64,000 nt of DNA from Macrostomum lignano. Its lineage: Eukaryota. The stretch lies in contig NIVC01000406.1 of assembly GCA_002269645.1 (NCBI GenBank), positions 508,724 to 572,723 of the forward strand, given 5' to 3'. A program made the translations under genes and the position numbers. Shown here piece after piece: positions 12,995 to 25,581 of the stretch. The first letter of the stretch is position 1. Each line of letters starts with the position of its first letter. The notes under the pieces were generated by a model. It searched no databases. It was not told where the DNA came from and saw nothing but the letters and a program-made list of their open reading frames with translations.

Positions 12995-13625
12995 CACCTG
13001 TTGAGACACCATTGGGTCACCTGTTGAGACACCGTGGGGTCACCTGTTAAGACACCGTGGGGTCACCTGTTGAGACACCGTGGGTCACCTGTTGAGACAC
13101 CGTGGGGTCACCTGTTGAGACACCATTGGGTCACCTGTTGAGACACCGTGGGGTCACCTGTTAAGACACCGTGGGGTCACCTGTTGAGACACCGTGGGGT
13201 CACCTGTTGAGACACCGTGGGGTCACCTGTTAAGACACCGTGGGGTCACCTGTTGAGACACCGTGGGGTCACCTGTTGAGACACCGTGGGGTCACCTGTT
13301 GAGACACCATTGGGTCACCTGTTGAGACACCGTGGGGTCACCTGTTAAGACACCGTGGGGTCACCTGTTAAGACACCGTGGGGTCACCTGTTGAGACACC
13401 GTGGGGTCACCTGTTAAGACACCGTGGGGTCACCTGTTGAGACACCGTGGGGTCACCTGTTGAGACACCGTGGGGTCACCTGTTAAGACACCGTGGGGTC
13501 ACCTGTTGAGACACCGTGGGGTCACCTGTTGAGACAGCAGGGGTCACCTGTTGAGACACCGTGGGGTCACCTGTTGAGACACCGTGGGGTCACCTGTTGA
13601 GACAGCAGGGGTCACCTGTTACGAC
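12995..13625. repeat. 23-bp minisatellite just upstream of the ALDH16-like ATG
   Basis: About 27 units of GTGGGGTCACCTGTTGAGACACC. Confidence 0.95.
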
Positions 13626-13685
13626 ACCAAAAGAGGCAGATCAATATTCTAGGAAGTTCTCCACCCCATCGCGCACTCCTCAGCC

Positions 13686-15789
13686 ATGCCGACCGACCTG
13701 AAGCGCATCATGCAGTCCGCCAGCTACCCCGCCGATGTGGAGCAGAGTCTGGAGCCGCTGCTCCGTTGGCTGCGGGACACCCCCGGCTTGGCGGTCAAGT
13801 TCGGCCGTTCCGCTCCGGACAGTTTGTCGGCGATACGGCGGCTGCCGCGACTCCGCTGGCCAGCCCCTGGAGTTGCTGGTCGGCGTCGGTGACCGGTGTT
13901 TCGGTGCCGGCCGAGGCCTCAGCGAATGCAGAGCCGCCAGCCGCATCGACTGGCGACCTCGCCGAGGCGCTGCGGCGGCTGCGCAAAATCGCGACTAACA
14001 GGCGGGAGCTGAGCAGTCTGGCCGAGATCTTTGCCACCGGCCGGGCGCCGGCCGACGTCGCAGCCGACCTAGACAGCATCGACGCTCTGCTGGCCGACGC
14101 TGTCGAGCTGCCGCCTTCCCGACCGCTGCCGTCCATCGAGCTGGCAGTCATCGGCGGGCCGCGGCCGCTGCTCGACTGTTTCCGGCGGCTGTTGGCCTGC
14201 CTGGCTTCCGGCTGCGGCCTCTGCTTGGCCACCGCTGGGCCCGCCGACCCCGCCGCCCTGCCCTGCTGCCTGTTCGCCGCCATGGCTGCCGAAGCCAACT
14301 GGCCCGCCGGTCGCCTGGAGTTCCTACCGGGCATCGGCGCCATCCCGCAGCAGGTCAGCAGACTGTGGGCGCCTGCGGCAGCGGAGCCGCTGCTGTCCGG
14401 GCAGCTGCCGAAAGCGCTGGAGGCTGCCGCCTTCCGCGCCTCGCCGTCAGCCGCCTCATCTCTGTTCGTCATCGCTCCGCCCTGCGATTTGGGCGCCGCC
14501 GCCGACGATCTGGCGATGTCGCTCGCCGCCTGCAACGGCCAGCTGGCCGAGACGCCCAAGCGGCTGCTGCTGCAGGAGTCTCTGGCCGGCGATTTCCTCG
14601 CCCTGCTGTCCGAGCGGATGAGCCGCCTGCGCGCCTCCGACCGGCCGCTCGTCTGCCTGGACGCAGGGCCGCCGCTGTCCGCGAGCTCGTCCGGCACGGC
14701 CGCCGCTTTGGCCAACGCCATTGTTGAAGGCGCCTCGGTGGCCGCCGCAGCTGCTGCCGCTGTCGATTCCAAGTCGGTCGGCTTCATCGCGCCGACCGTC
14801 CTGACGGGGCCGCAGCCGTCCGACCGGCTGCTGCAGACGCCGCACGCCGGCCCGCTGGCTGTCGCTCTCGTCTTCCGCTCGGCTGCCGAGGCGCTGAAAC
14901 TGGCGGCAGCTGGCGGGCTGCCCGCAGACTCCGTGACGCTGCACTGCCAGCGCTCCAGCCTGCTGTGGGAGCTCATCCCCGGGTTCTCGCCCGCCGCCTC
15001 AGTGTGGGTGAACTCCCGGCCCAGGCCGCATCCGCTGGAGCCCGAGCTGGGGCCCAGGTGCGATCTGGCCTGGACTCTGTCGCCTGCGGATGTCGAAGAT
15101 GAAGCTGAGAGTCTGGAGGTGTCGGTCGGCATCTGCCCGCTTGCGTCCGCAGCCGCAGCCGCTGAAGCCGCCCTGGCCATCGGCCGGTCCGCCAGCCGAA
15201 CGGCCCGCTCCGATGCGGCCGCCTGCCTGGCCGAACTCGCCGACCGCTGCCCGCGCCGGCTGCGCGCCAGCCTCCCGGTCAGACCAGACGAAATCGGCGC
15301 CGCGCGCCTGGCGCCCGCGGGGCCCGCGTTCCCCGGCCAGGCGGCCGTGCGCGCCGTTCCGCCTGCCGCCCTGGTCATCGACGCCGGGTCGAGTCGGCAC
15401 GGACGGCACGCCAACTGCTTCGATTGGTCGCCCTGGCCGTTGCTATGCGAGTTCCGGTTGCCGTGGCAACGACCGGCGCCTGGGCGCCCAAAGCTCTGCT
15501 CGGCCTGCCGCAGGCCTGCGCTCCCCACTTCGTGGCGACGTCGCCGGCTGAGGCAGCCGAACTTCGCGCCCGCCTGCTGGCAGCTCGGCCGGCTGCGCTC
15601 TGCCTGCTCGGCGGCAACCGCGCCGACTTCGCCGGCCACCTCGGCGGCTGGCGGTCAGGCGCTGCCGCTGGTCGCCGGCTGCTGTTCTGCCCGGACGACT
15701 CGGACTCGGCGCCCGAGTTGGACGAGCTGCGACTCTGCCTGTGCCGTCAGTCGGCCGTGTGGCTGCCGGCCAAGCACTCGCTGCCCTAG
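13686..15789 (+). CDS. ALDH16A1: ALDH16A1-like aldehyde dehydrogenase-fold protein (likely catalytically dead), spread over three reading frames (shifts at ~13790-13840 and ~15385-15410)
   Basis: Blocks collinear with recalled ALDH16A1: N-terminal SYPA..SLEPLLRWL, LASGC, RLLLQES..LSERMSRLR, FIAPTVL..VFRSAAEAL, VWVNS, and C-terminal ELRL..RQSAVWLP. ORFs 13686-, 13766- and 15424- join in -1 steps. May be an assembly error or a pseudogene. Confidence 0.72.
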
Positions 15790-16442
15790 GCTTGACGGGG
15801 GATCGAACCAAGGACCTTTTTGATACTTACTAGTAATTGCAATATTCCATACTGCTCAATATCAGTGCCCCTCTGAAATTCGAGATTATCGCTTAATCTG
15901 TAATGGGGAATTAATCAGGGTAGGCAAAGTCAAAGGGGTCAGCCGCCCTCTAGTAAACCGGAATGGCTGCTAAAATACCGCAGTCAGCAATGCTCGCAGT
16001 GTTTGATCGCTTCTAACATTATTTAGTATCTTTCTTCGCTCAATCATGCGCGCAATGCCTACTCGCAAATAGCTTTTATTCAGTAGTATGCTTTGCAAAC
16101 TATCAGGTATTTTTTATCGTTGAATTTTCTAATTTAATTTCGACGCTTATCAAATTTATTCGCTAGTCTGATTTTAATTTTCTCAATATTGATTTCAAAT
16201 TCGCGCCAAATTAGGATTAAAACATTATTTAATTACATTCAGTAAATTTTGATGCTGATGTACTCGTAATTTCCTATTGCGGCGTTCTTCCAAATATACT
16301 TGCAGTTGAATTCCATCTGGTTCTACTCTGTTTTATGCATTTATTTACCAGTAACTGACTCGCGGATCAGCTTAGCAGCCGATGAAACCGGATTAAACAA
16401 ATCCTTTGCTATGCGCCCCGCCATTCCAGCCCAGCAGATCTC

Positions 16443-19400
16443 ATGCCGTCATTGTCGCCGCTCCTGCTGCCGCTTGCTGCCCTGCTGCTGCTGCTGGCAT
16501 CCACCGGACCTCGGGCCGCCCACTCCGCGCCCGCAGCTGCCGGCGCCGCCCTCTACCAGGCCTCGGATCACGTGACTCCGCTGAAATTCGATGACCTCCG
16601 GGCCGTCGTCTATTCTGGCGAGCGGCGGCGGCACTGGCTGCTGCAGCTGTACCACCGGTACTGCGGCCACTGCATCAACTTCGCGCCCACCTTCAAGCAG
16701 TTCGCCAGCGATGTTAAAGGTTTGTAATGGGTGCACACCTCATTCACTCTGCACACCTCATTCACTCTGCACACCTCATTCACTCTGCACACCTCATTCA
16801 CTCTGCACACCTCATTCACTCTGCACACCTCATTCACTCTGCACACCTCATTCACTCTGCACACCTCATTCACTCTGCACACCTCATTCACTCTGCACAC
16901 CTCATTCACTCTGCACACCTCATTCACTCTGCACACCTCATTCACTCTGCACACCTCATTCACTCTGCACACCTCATTCACTCTGCACACCTCATTCACT
17001 CTGCACACCTCATTCACTCTGCACACCTCATTCACTCTGCACACCTCATTCACTCTGCACAAACATTCACTCTGCACACCTCATTCACTCTGCACACCTC
17101 ATTCACTCTGCACACCTCATTCACTCTGCACACCTCATTCACTCTGCACACCTCATTCACTCTGCACAAACATTCACTCTGCACACCTCATTCACTCTGC
17201 AATCCCCATCCACTCTGCACTCCTCATCCACTCTGCACTCCTCATCCACTCTGCACACCTCATTCACTCTGCACTCCCCATCCACTCTGCACTCCCCATC
17301 CACTCTGCACACCTCATTCACTCTGCAATCCCCATCCACTCTGCAATCCCCATCCACTCTGCAATCCCCATCCACTCTGCAATCACCATCCACTCTGCAC
17401 TCCCCATCCACTCTGCACTCCTCATCCACTCTGCACACCTCATTCACTCTGCACTCCCCATCCACTCTGCACTCCCCATCCACTCTGCAATCCCCATCCA
17501 CTCTGCAATCCCCATCCACTCTGCAATCACCATCCACTCTGCACTCCCCATCCACTCTGCAATCCCCATCCACTCTGCACTCCCCATCCACTCTGCACTC
17601 CCCATCCACTCTGCACTCCTCATCCACTCTGCACTCCCCATCCACTCTGCACTTCTCATCCACTCTGCACTCCCCATCCACTCTGCACTCCCCATCCACT
17701 CTGCACACCCACCCGCATTCCCCCGCTTTCACTCTCCTGTTTATCCGCTCTGTTCCTCCGCCGCCCCAGGCTGGTCGCACACGGTGGGCCTGGCCGTGAT
17801 CGACTCGGCCGATTTCGCCCAGGTCATGACGCACTACGGCCTGAACGGGGTGCCCAGCCTGCTGTTCATTCCCAGCAACACCAGCTGGGAGCAAAAGTAC
17901 TTCTCTTTGCTGAATTCCGAGGCCAACTTGATGGAGCAGCTGTTGAATCAGCTGCAGCCGTTTGTGCCTCAGCTGGTGCCTCTGCAGTCGGGGTGAGTTA
18001 TTAAACCTTCATACTAGTCTTTGTTGCATCCTTAACTCACTTAGTTAAGCATTTTTTGATTGGAAACCGTTGTTAGGGTCTTTGTTAAACGTTTTCCTTG
18101 TTACTGACTTTGTCGCTTGTATCCTCATGTAGTCCATTTTTGCGTCCTTTTTGGGTTGGAAAGCCTCATTTGGTCTTTGTTGCATCATCTCAAACCCTCA
18201 TCTGGTCTTTGTTGCATCATCTGAAACCCTCATCTGGTCTTTGTTGCATCATCTGAAACCCTCATCTGATCTTTGTTGCATCATCTGAAACCCTCATCTG
18301 GTCTTTGTTGCATCATCTGAAACCCTCATCTGGTCTTTGTTGCATCATCTGAACCCTCTGATCTTTGTTGCATCATCTGAAACCCTCATCTGGTCTTTGT
18401 TGCATCATCTGAAACCCTCATCTGGTCTTTGTTGCATCATCTCAAACCCTCATCTGGTCTTTGTTGCATCATCTGAAACCCTCATCTGATCTTTGTTGCA
18501 TCATCTGAAACCCTCATCTGGTCTTTGTTGCATCATCTGAAACCCTCATCTGGTCTTTGTTGCATCATCTCAACCCTCTGATCTTTGTTGCATCATCTGA
18601 AACCCTCATCTGGTCTTTGTTGCATCATCTGGAACCCTCATCTGGTCTTTGTTGCATCATGTGAAACCCTCATCTGGTCTTTGTTGCATTATCTAAAACC
18701 CTCATTTGGTTTTTGTTGCATCATCTAAAACCCTAATTTGGTCTTTGTCTTTGTGTGTCACCATCTAAAACCCACATCTGGTCTTTGTTGCGTCATATAA
18801 AACCCTACAGAAACTGCTGTCTGTGTTGCTTGAAATTTTACCCCTTCTTTCTATTGCCACGTCAAGTCTTTGTCCTTACAAACCTAATTACTCGCGCCTG
18901 GAATCCCACTTTTCCGCTCTCCCAGTGAGGCCGCCAACAGCCCGGCGCTCCTAGAAGAAGCCAGTCCGGGCCGCCTCTCCCGCCGGCTCATTCTGGACAG
19001 CCTGCCCAGCTTGAGTCTTCGCTGGCGGCCCAACGCCGGTCTGAGCGGCGGCGCGGTCCGCGTCAGCCGGGTCCCTGCAGCCGGCGGCGGCGCGGCCGCG
19101 CTGGGCGAATCCGCCAGCATCGATGAGCTTCGCCGCCTCTTGACGCCGCTGCGACCGCCATCTGCCGTGGCGCCGCCGGCCGCTGCCCCAAGCGTGATGG
19201 CGAAGGTCGCCCAGCCGTCCGACTCTTCATCTTCTCATGGCGAGCTCCGTCCGCCGACGCTGGACGACCTCCGGTCGGGCATCATCCGGGCGCTCGTCTC
19301 GGACGCAGCCGCCGTCAGCCTGGACAAACCCGGCGTCTGGCCGGCTGTGCGCGACTTTGTCCGCCTGCTGAACTCGCACCTGTCCGCCAGGTCGCTTGAG

Positions 19401-20165
19401 CTCGGCCGCCTGCTCCGGCCGCTGGCCGCCTGGCTGCCTGAGGAGCCGCCGAGCCACGACCGCTGGCTGCGCGCCCTGGCCGACGCCGGCTTCCCGACGC
19501 GCCCGCCCGACGCCTGGGTCTCCTGCCGCGGCTCCAAGCCCTTCCTGCGTGGCTACCCGTGCAGCCTTTGGCAGCTGTTCCACACCCTCACGGCCGTGCG
19601 CTTCGCCACCGCTGGCGCCTCCGGCCCGCCTGTGATGCCCGTCATGCGCCGCTTCATCATCGCCTGCTTCTCCTGCCGCTACTGCGCCGAGAACTTCGAC
19701 AAAGGCACCGCCGGTATGGAGGCGGAGATCGGCGCCCAGCCGGCGCCAGGCGTCGAGCTGCTGTACCTGTGGCGGAAGCACAACACCGTCAATAAACGGC
19801 TGAGCGGCGAGTCCTCTGACGACCCCGCCTATCCGAAGGCCCGGTTCCCGTCCGCCGCGCTGTGCTCCGAATGCGCCGAGGGTGCCGCCTCCGCGGACGC
19901 GAACGCCGCCGCATTCCTGCTTCGCTGGTACGGGCCGGGCGCCGGCTGGGCCAGCCATCCGGAAGGCGACAGCGACTTTGCCAAGCCGGCCATCAGCACC
20001 GTCGACATAATGGGCTTCTCCCGGCTCGACCTGGTCATTGTGGCGCTGTGCTTTGCCTGCGTGCTCAGCGTCCTTCTGGCCGTCTGGTGTCGCCTCAGCC
20101 GCAGCGGCCGCCGGCTGTGCAGGCGAGGCCTATCGCCGTTTCGACGCTCGCCCAGCCCCGTCTGA
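16443..20165 (+). CDS. QSOX: Quiescin sulfhydryl oxidase (QSOX); exons 16443-16719, 17770-17992, 18926-20165
   Basis: Signal peptide; Trx1 YCGHC; GYPCSLWQLFH; ERV CRYC; LWRKHNTVNKRL; CSEC; C-terminal TM helix. GT-AG introns with consistent phases (1 and 2). Confidence 0.92.
16730..17705. repeat. 18-bp minisatellite filling QSOX intron 1
   Basis: CACTCTGCACACCTCATT units grading into CACTCTGCACTCCCCATC units. Confidence 0.95.
18160..18810. repeat. 32-bp minisatellite in QSOX intron 2
   Basis: Tandem CATCATCTGAAACCCTCATCTGGTCTTTGTTG. Confidence 0.95.
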
Positions 20166-20299
20166 GCGAGGCCGAAAGTCACACCGTCTCCGATAGGTTT
20201 TGGGACTCTGTGGTAGCCGAAAAATTGATGTTATTACATGTCTTTCTGCGCTTATGAAGGGTGGCTTGCGATTTCTACTTAAGCTAGTTTACAAGTATT

Positions 20300-21055
20300 T
20301 ATGACTTCCGGTTGTCATCCGTTGCTTGGATTCGTACGCATGGATTTAGTTGATAAAGGAGGGCTTCCTGTTTCCATCCCAGGTTGATAAATAAATTAGG
20401 AGTTCCGGTTGCTATCCTAGTTGATAAATGAATACTTCCGGTTGCTATCCCAGTTGATAAATTAGGACTTCCGGTTGCTATCCCACTTGATAAAGGAAGA
20501 CGTCCGGTTGCTATCCCAAGTTGATAAATTAGAACTTCCGGTTGTTATCCCAGCTAATAAATGGTGACTTCCGGTTGCCATCCCAGTTGATAAAGGATGA
20601 CTTCCGGTTGCCATCCCAGTTGATAAAGAATGACTTCCGGTTGCTATCACAGTTGATTAAGGGTGACTTATGGCTGCCATCCCAGTTGGTAAAGGATGAC
20701 TTCCGGTTGTCATCCCAGTTGATAAAGGATGACTTCCGGTTGCCATTCCAGTTGACAAAGAATGACTTCCGGTTGCTATCACAGTTGATTAAGGATGACT
20801 TCTGGTTGCCATCCCAGTTGGTAAAGGATGACTTCCGGTTGCCATCCCAGTTGATAAAGAATGACTTCCGGTTGCCATTCCAGTTGACAAAGAATGACTT
20901 CCGGTTGCTATCACAGTTGATTAAGGATGACTTCTGGTTGCCATCCCAGTTGGTAAAGGATGACTTCCGGTTGCCATCCCAGTTGATAAAAGATGACTTC
21001 CGGTTGCCATCCCAGTTGATAAAGGATAACTTCCGGTTGCCATCCCAGTTGATCC
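20300..21055. repeat. 33-bp minisatellite downstream of QSOX
   Basis: Tandem CCATCCCAGTTGATAAAGGATGACTTCCGGTTG. Confidence 0.95.
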
Positions 21056-22035
21056 GCTCACTCATAAAGTAAGCTATGCGTTAGTTTTTCTCAATACAGA
21101 GTAATGAGAAGCTGAGTGATCTCTTAATTTTTGCTTTTAAATAGTTTTTTCATAGTATTTCCAATGGCTTTTGAGGTGACAGGAAATTAAAGAAAGCCAT
21201 GAACTTGTGGGCTTTTTTTATTAATTTGTTGTGCTCCGATGTTCTCTGGTCTGTCTCGGTTTTGTTGTGATGAGGCGAACCAATATTGAAAAATTTACTT
21301 CTGTTTTTTTAAATTGTCCTCTGTACGAGCCCGTAGTCACTGAAAGCAGACAAAGATCACAGGCACAGTAATGTAGCTTGGCTTGATGCTTTTCCTTTGC
21401 GCTGTTTAAATTCGTGCGTTGCTATTCTTGCAAATCAGTTGAAGATTCTCACTGAGACTAAACTCAATGTATTCGAATGGCTATACGAGTCTACCGAATA
21501 ACTCCGCGGTGAGTTCATTAATTATTCAAATTTTGTTGTTTGTTGCTTATGCAGAGGTGGAATTGTCCGTGATATTGCATTTGCTATGAATAATGTGTGC
21601 TTCTACTTGTCTTCACTGTGGTAACTGTTGTCGCGTTTTCAGCTGGACTAATTGTTGTGCGAGTTCCAGCCCTCTATCTGATACTTATGCTAATTGCACT
21701 TTAAAAAAGAGAATGTCACAAGCTTGCCAGAGATTTAAGACAAATGCACCAGATTTGAAATTTATCAATTGAAAAGTGTCTTTGCTTCCTTCTTTTATCC
21801 TTTCGACCTCCTATTGGCATAAAATCGGAGTAAAAATGCATTACACCTTGTGCTTTTCTTAGCCTCAGCGCTGCCAATTAGGTACGAATTAAATTCAGTT
21901 TAAATGTAGGGAAGCGAAACAGAGAGGCCTTCTAGTATACATGTACTGTTGTACTTGACGCTGCAGCAGCTGAGTCGCAGGTTCTTACAAGAAACATCAT
22001 TGACAATTTCTACTCAGTTAACTAGGCCTACTTAG

Positions 22036-24230
22036 TTGGTTCACCCACCCCCCCCCCCCGAGGTCGCTTTCCTTTTACTGGCTGTGGGGTATGGACTTTG
22101 GGGTTACGGCACAGCAGTCTGTCAACCCCATCCCCCATTCGCTTTTCAGCGGCCTATGGAGTACAACTCGTACCAAGGTGCACCCACCGCGTCCGTTGAT
22201 GCTGCTGGAACGCCAACCAAGGTTGGTACCGCGGCTCAACCGGACATCCGACACACCGGAACTTTCATTGCCTCTCACTCTAGTAACCCTGCCGCCACTC
22301 AGGGTCATACCGAAGTGGCTAGACAACAGGGTAGAGGGTCCCACATCTCTAAGAAGAGAGCCCGTAGCATCGCCCGCTTCCAGGAATTCCGCCGGCGCAA
22401 AGCGGAAGAACAGAGGAGAGCGGAAGCCGCCTCTTCTGCCGCCTCTGAGGAGGGTGCCGGCAACTCTGCGAATCCCGCGGAGAAGCCGTCATCCCACAAA
22501 GTAGCGGACTCCGTGCGTCGGCCGGAAGCTTCGGATGGCACCAAAGCTTTTGGTGCGGCTGGCTCCTCCCGCGGCAGGACTCCTGCTCGTGAGGAAACTC
22601 CCACGGCTGCAGACGGATCCAACGCGGGGGGCGCTGGCCAAACCACGCGTCCGAAGCGCACCTATGCGGATATGGCCAAAAGGCAGCCGGCCGTGATTAT
22701 TCAAGGCCAGGAAACGTCCCTTTCAGCCGAACAGCTCGACCAAATCTGGCGCAGGTTGGATTCCCACCTGGTCAAGATGGCTCTGAGCGGCACTGTGCTT
22801 AAAGTCCTGAAGACGAGCGTTGAGGACCAGACACTCCGCATCCAACCCGCCGATAGCCAGTCTGGGCAGCAGCTCCTTGAGCTCCTGAAAGCCTTCAACT
22901 GGGATGTGGAGTTGGGTAAACTGTTCATATACAGGGAGGACGAGCGACCCCGGACACACCGGCACCGTGCCTGGATTCCGGCTCGCAGTTCCATCACCAA
23001 CGCCGACGAGCTGCGCCGCCTTCTGTTGGCAACCAATCCGAAACTGCCGGCAAATGGCGTCGTAGTTCATGAGACCATCGCCAAGCCGGGTGAAGATGGT
23101 TTCACGGCAATCCTTGGACTGTCTGATAGCTGGATGCTCCGCTACCCGGACATGTCTCATATTTCTGCCGGGCTGACGCGGATCCAAATCTTCAGCTTTG
23201 AATCCGACGCCACCCGTCCACCGCCCCCGGTGAAGCGTAAGCGGGCGAGCGGGAGCTCTGCCGGGCCGAACCGCCCAGGAAAAAGAGCTCCTGTGGGTCA
23301 CGACCCCTCCTACTCGTAGGACGTGGACCCCGTCAGGCACAAAACCGCGAAAGCTGAAGCAACAGGCGGACATGGGTAGGGCTAGAAACCCACCCGAAAC
23401 ACTATCCGCTATGATTTGCCTCTACGCGCGAAACAGCTGCTGGACACCGCCAAGGTTCGCAACCGCAGCAACCCCCAGTCCAGTGTCACCTCTTCGGCTC
23501 CCTCGGAAAATCGGGTCGAGAATGCGGATGCTGCCCCGGTGGCGGCCCCGCCCTTGACCATGCAAAACCATCCGGGAGGAGCCCATTGAACTGGGGCCAT
23601 CAGCGAGGTGGGAGGCAGCTCTCCTGCTGCACAACTCGCCTTGAGCCAGCAGAAAGCTGCGCGGTCCATCTGTGGAATTCCGGCAATGGCCATTCTGCAG
23701 CTTAACCTGCACCACTGCATCGTAGCATCGACCCACCTGGCACAGATGGTGGACTTCGTAAAACTGGGCATTGTCCTTATTCAATAGCCCTGTACAAAGG
23801 TAAGATTCCGAATATCCCTGCTGGTTTTGACTGTTTTCAGTCAATTCGTGTCTAACCTTAAAGCTTGGTACAAACCGGACCTCTCTGACAGCGACCTCTG
23901 TGTCATTCAATCCAATCACATTATCACCAACCGCACGGTCATCGCCTCGATTTATATCCCTGCCGTTCCGCCTAACCTCGCCTTCCTCGTGGCCTACTGA
24001 TCTAACCGAAGTTTGAGCTGCTGGTGGCGGGCGAAATTAACGCCCACCACATACACTGGGGCAGTAATACCTCCAACGGCAGAGGCAAGGAACTCCTTGC
24101 TTATATCTGCACCACCAATAATGAGTTTTGCAATATCGGTGGAACTCCTACCTTCGACAACGGCCGTTGGATGTGTCCGCAGGCATACAAAAACTGGTTT
24201 GAACTAACACACAAGCCCCTTTTTTAGCAT
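22036..24230 (+). mobile_element. Non-LTR retrotransposon remnant (R1/LOA-like): open ORF1 plus decayed AP-endonuclease; no RT domain recognised
   Basis: ORF1 22036-23319 (first ATG 22156) has a low-complexity N-terminus and a DUF4780-like segment (RPRTHRHRAWIP). ORF2 starts at 23686 with MAILQLNLHH...IVLIQ*P (E->stop at 23785), later VIASIYIP and AGEINAHHIHWGS..NGRGKELL..N.G.TPTF, which are typical EN motifs. Confidence 0.75.
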
Positions 24231-25467
24231 ACACTTTGAAGAAAAGTTGCCATCAATTGTATCTACCGCTGGACCTTTGACATTTGAGGATTTACTTATT
24301 GAGGTTCGAATCTCAGCTATCTTTTCTGAAGCTTTGGTGTCACCCCAACGCCTTTTGAGCTTTGACATCGCATAGGCCAAAATTCCATGCACTCACTTTA
24401 CTGTGCGTGATGTGCTTGCGCAACGACTCTCTGGTCCTAACAAGGGCCAAGCCCAAGGCATGGTAGAAGCTGCGTGCATGTCTTACAAAGACGAGGAAGT
24501 CAGAGCCTCTGTGCTTACCTGTGCTCTCGAGGATCTTGCTCAGGAGAGGCGTCGGAGTGTGGTTAGCATTGACATCCCAGTCTCGCATGAATGAAAGAAT
24601 GAGCTTCATTCTTTTCAAGCTTATTCTCGACGTCAAAAGTCACTATTGCTATCAATCTTGCGTACCTTCCCAGTAAAGTTTCCTAAGGGAAAGCATTAAT
24701 TATCTCTTGCACTTTCCAGATACGCCAGCTGTGAAATTAAGAATCTCCGGCTGCAATCAGAGCAGCGAGTTCTCGAGCTCGTCTAACTGCACCAAAGCCA
24801 TCGACTGAGTGGCGTCGCCGGCTCTCAGCGCCTACAGCAGAACAAATTCCGGCCCTAGCTGGTGATGCGGGGCTGATTTGAGCCCTGCATCTCTGCACCA
24901 GCGATCTCAATGCGTTCTCCCTGTCAGTGGACGGAGTCACATCGGTGCCGTTCTCTGTGACCAATTTCAGCTGCAATGCCTTCAGCGGCAGATCAATAAT
25001 AGTGAATTTGCAGGCTGACAAAATTGAACCTAATCATAAGCGAGTTCGAAATTTATGGCTATTGATAGCTGCTAACGCGAGGACAACAATGAGGAACTCG
25101 AAGATCTTCTACGCAATTGTAAACGACCTGCAACCTGAAGACTGAATTTATTTTCAGCATCTTCACCAGCAATACGTTCAACATACATTTGGTGTTAAAA
25201 AGCTGAAAAGCTAGAAAATATTTTTCTCGTAATTAAAAACCTAATGCTTGACTTTCAATTGTTCACTTTCAAGTGTTCCAAGATTAAAAACGAAGATTCA
25301 TCAAGATCTATAAATCTGGGTTCGAGTTCTGGATTATCTGGAGCCACTTGACAAATTTCAAATGAAATGAGAAAATCTGTTTTTTAGCCACTAATCTCTC
25401 TACAAGTGTATTTTGCGACTATAAACTCTTAAATATAGGATTCAATACTTGGTTTTGAGTAGTCTTG

Positions 25468-25581
25468 TAACACGATATATATTTCTCGTGCATTAAATGA
25501 CTCCAGCCAATAGGCGATCACGAGCCATTTAAGCACGCTTTTAGCGTTTAATGCACGCTTTTACACATTTATATCGTGTTA
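25468..25581. repeat. Short inverted repeat / mini-hairpin element
   Basis: TAACACGATAT...CGTGCATTAAA (25468-25497) versus TTTAATGCACG...ATATCGTGTTA (25547-25581). Confidence 0.55.

Noticed and set aside
13795-15639. 614-aa minus-strand ORF and similar antisense ORFs over QSOX, HELLS, XPC and K2P
   Set aside because: Shadow ORFs caused by high GC at third codon positions of the real genes.
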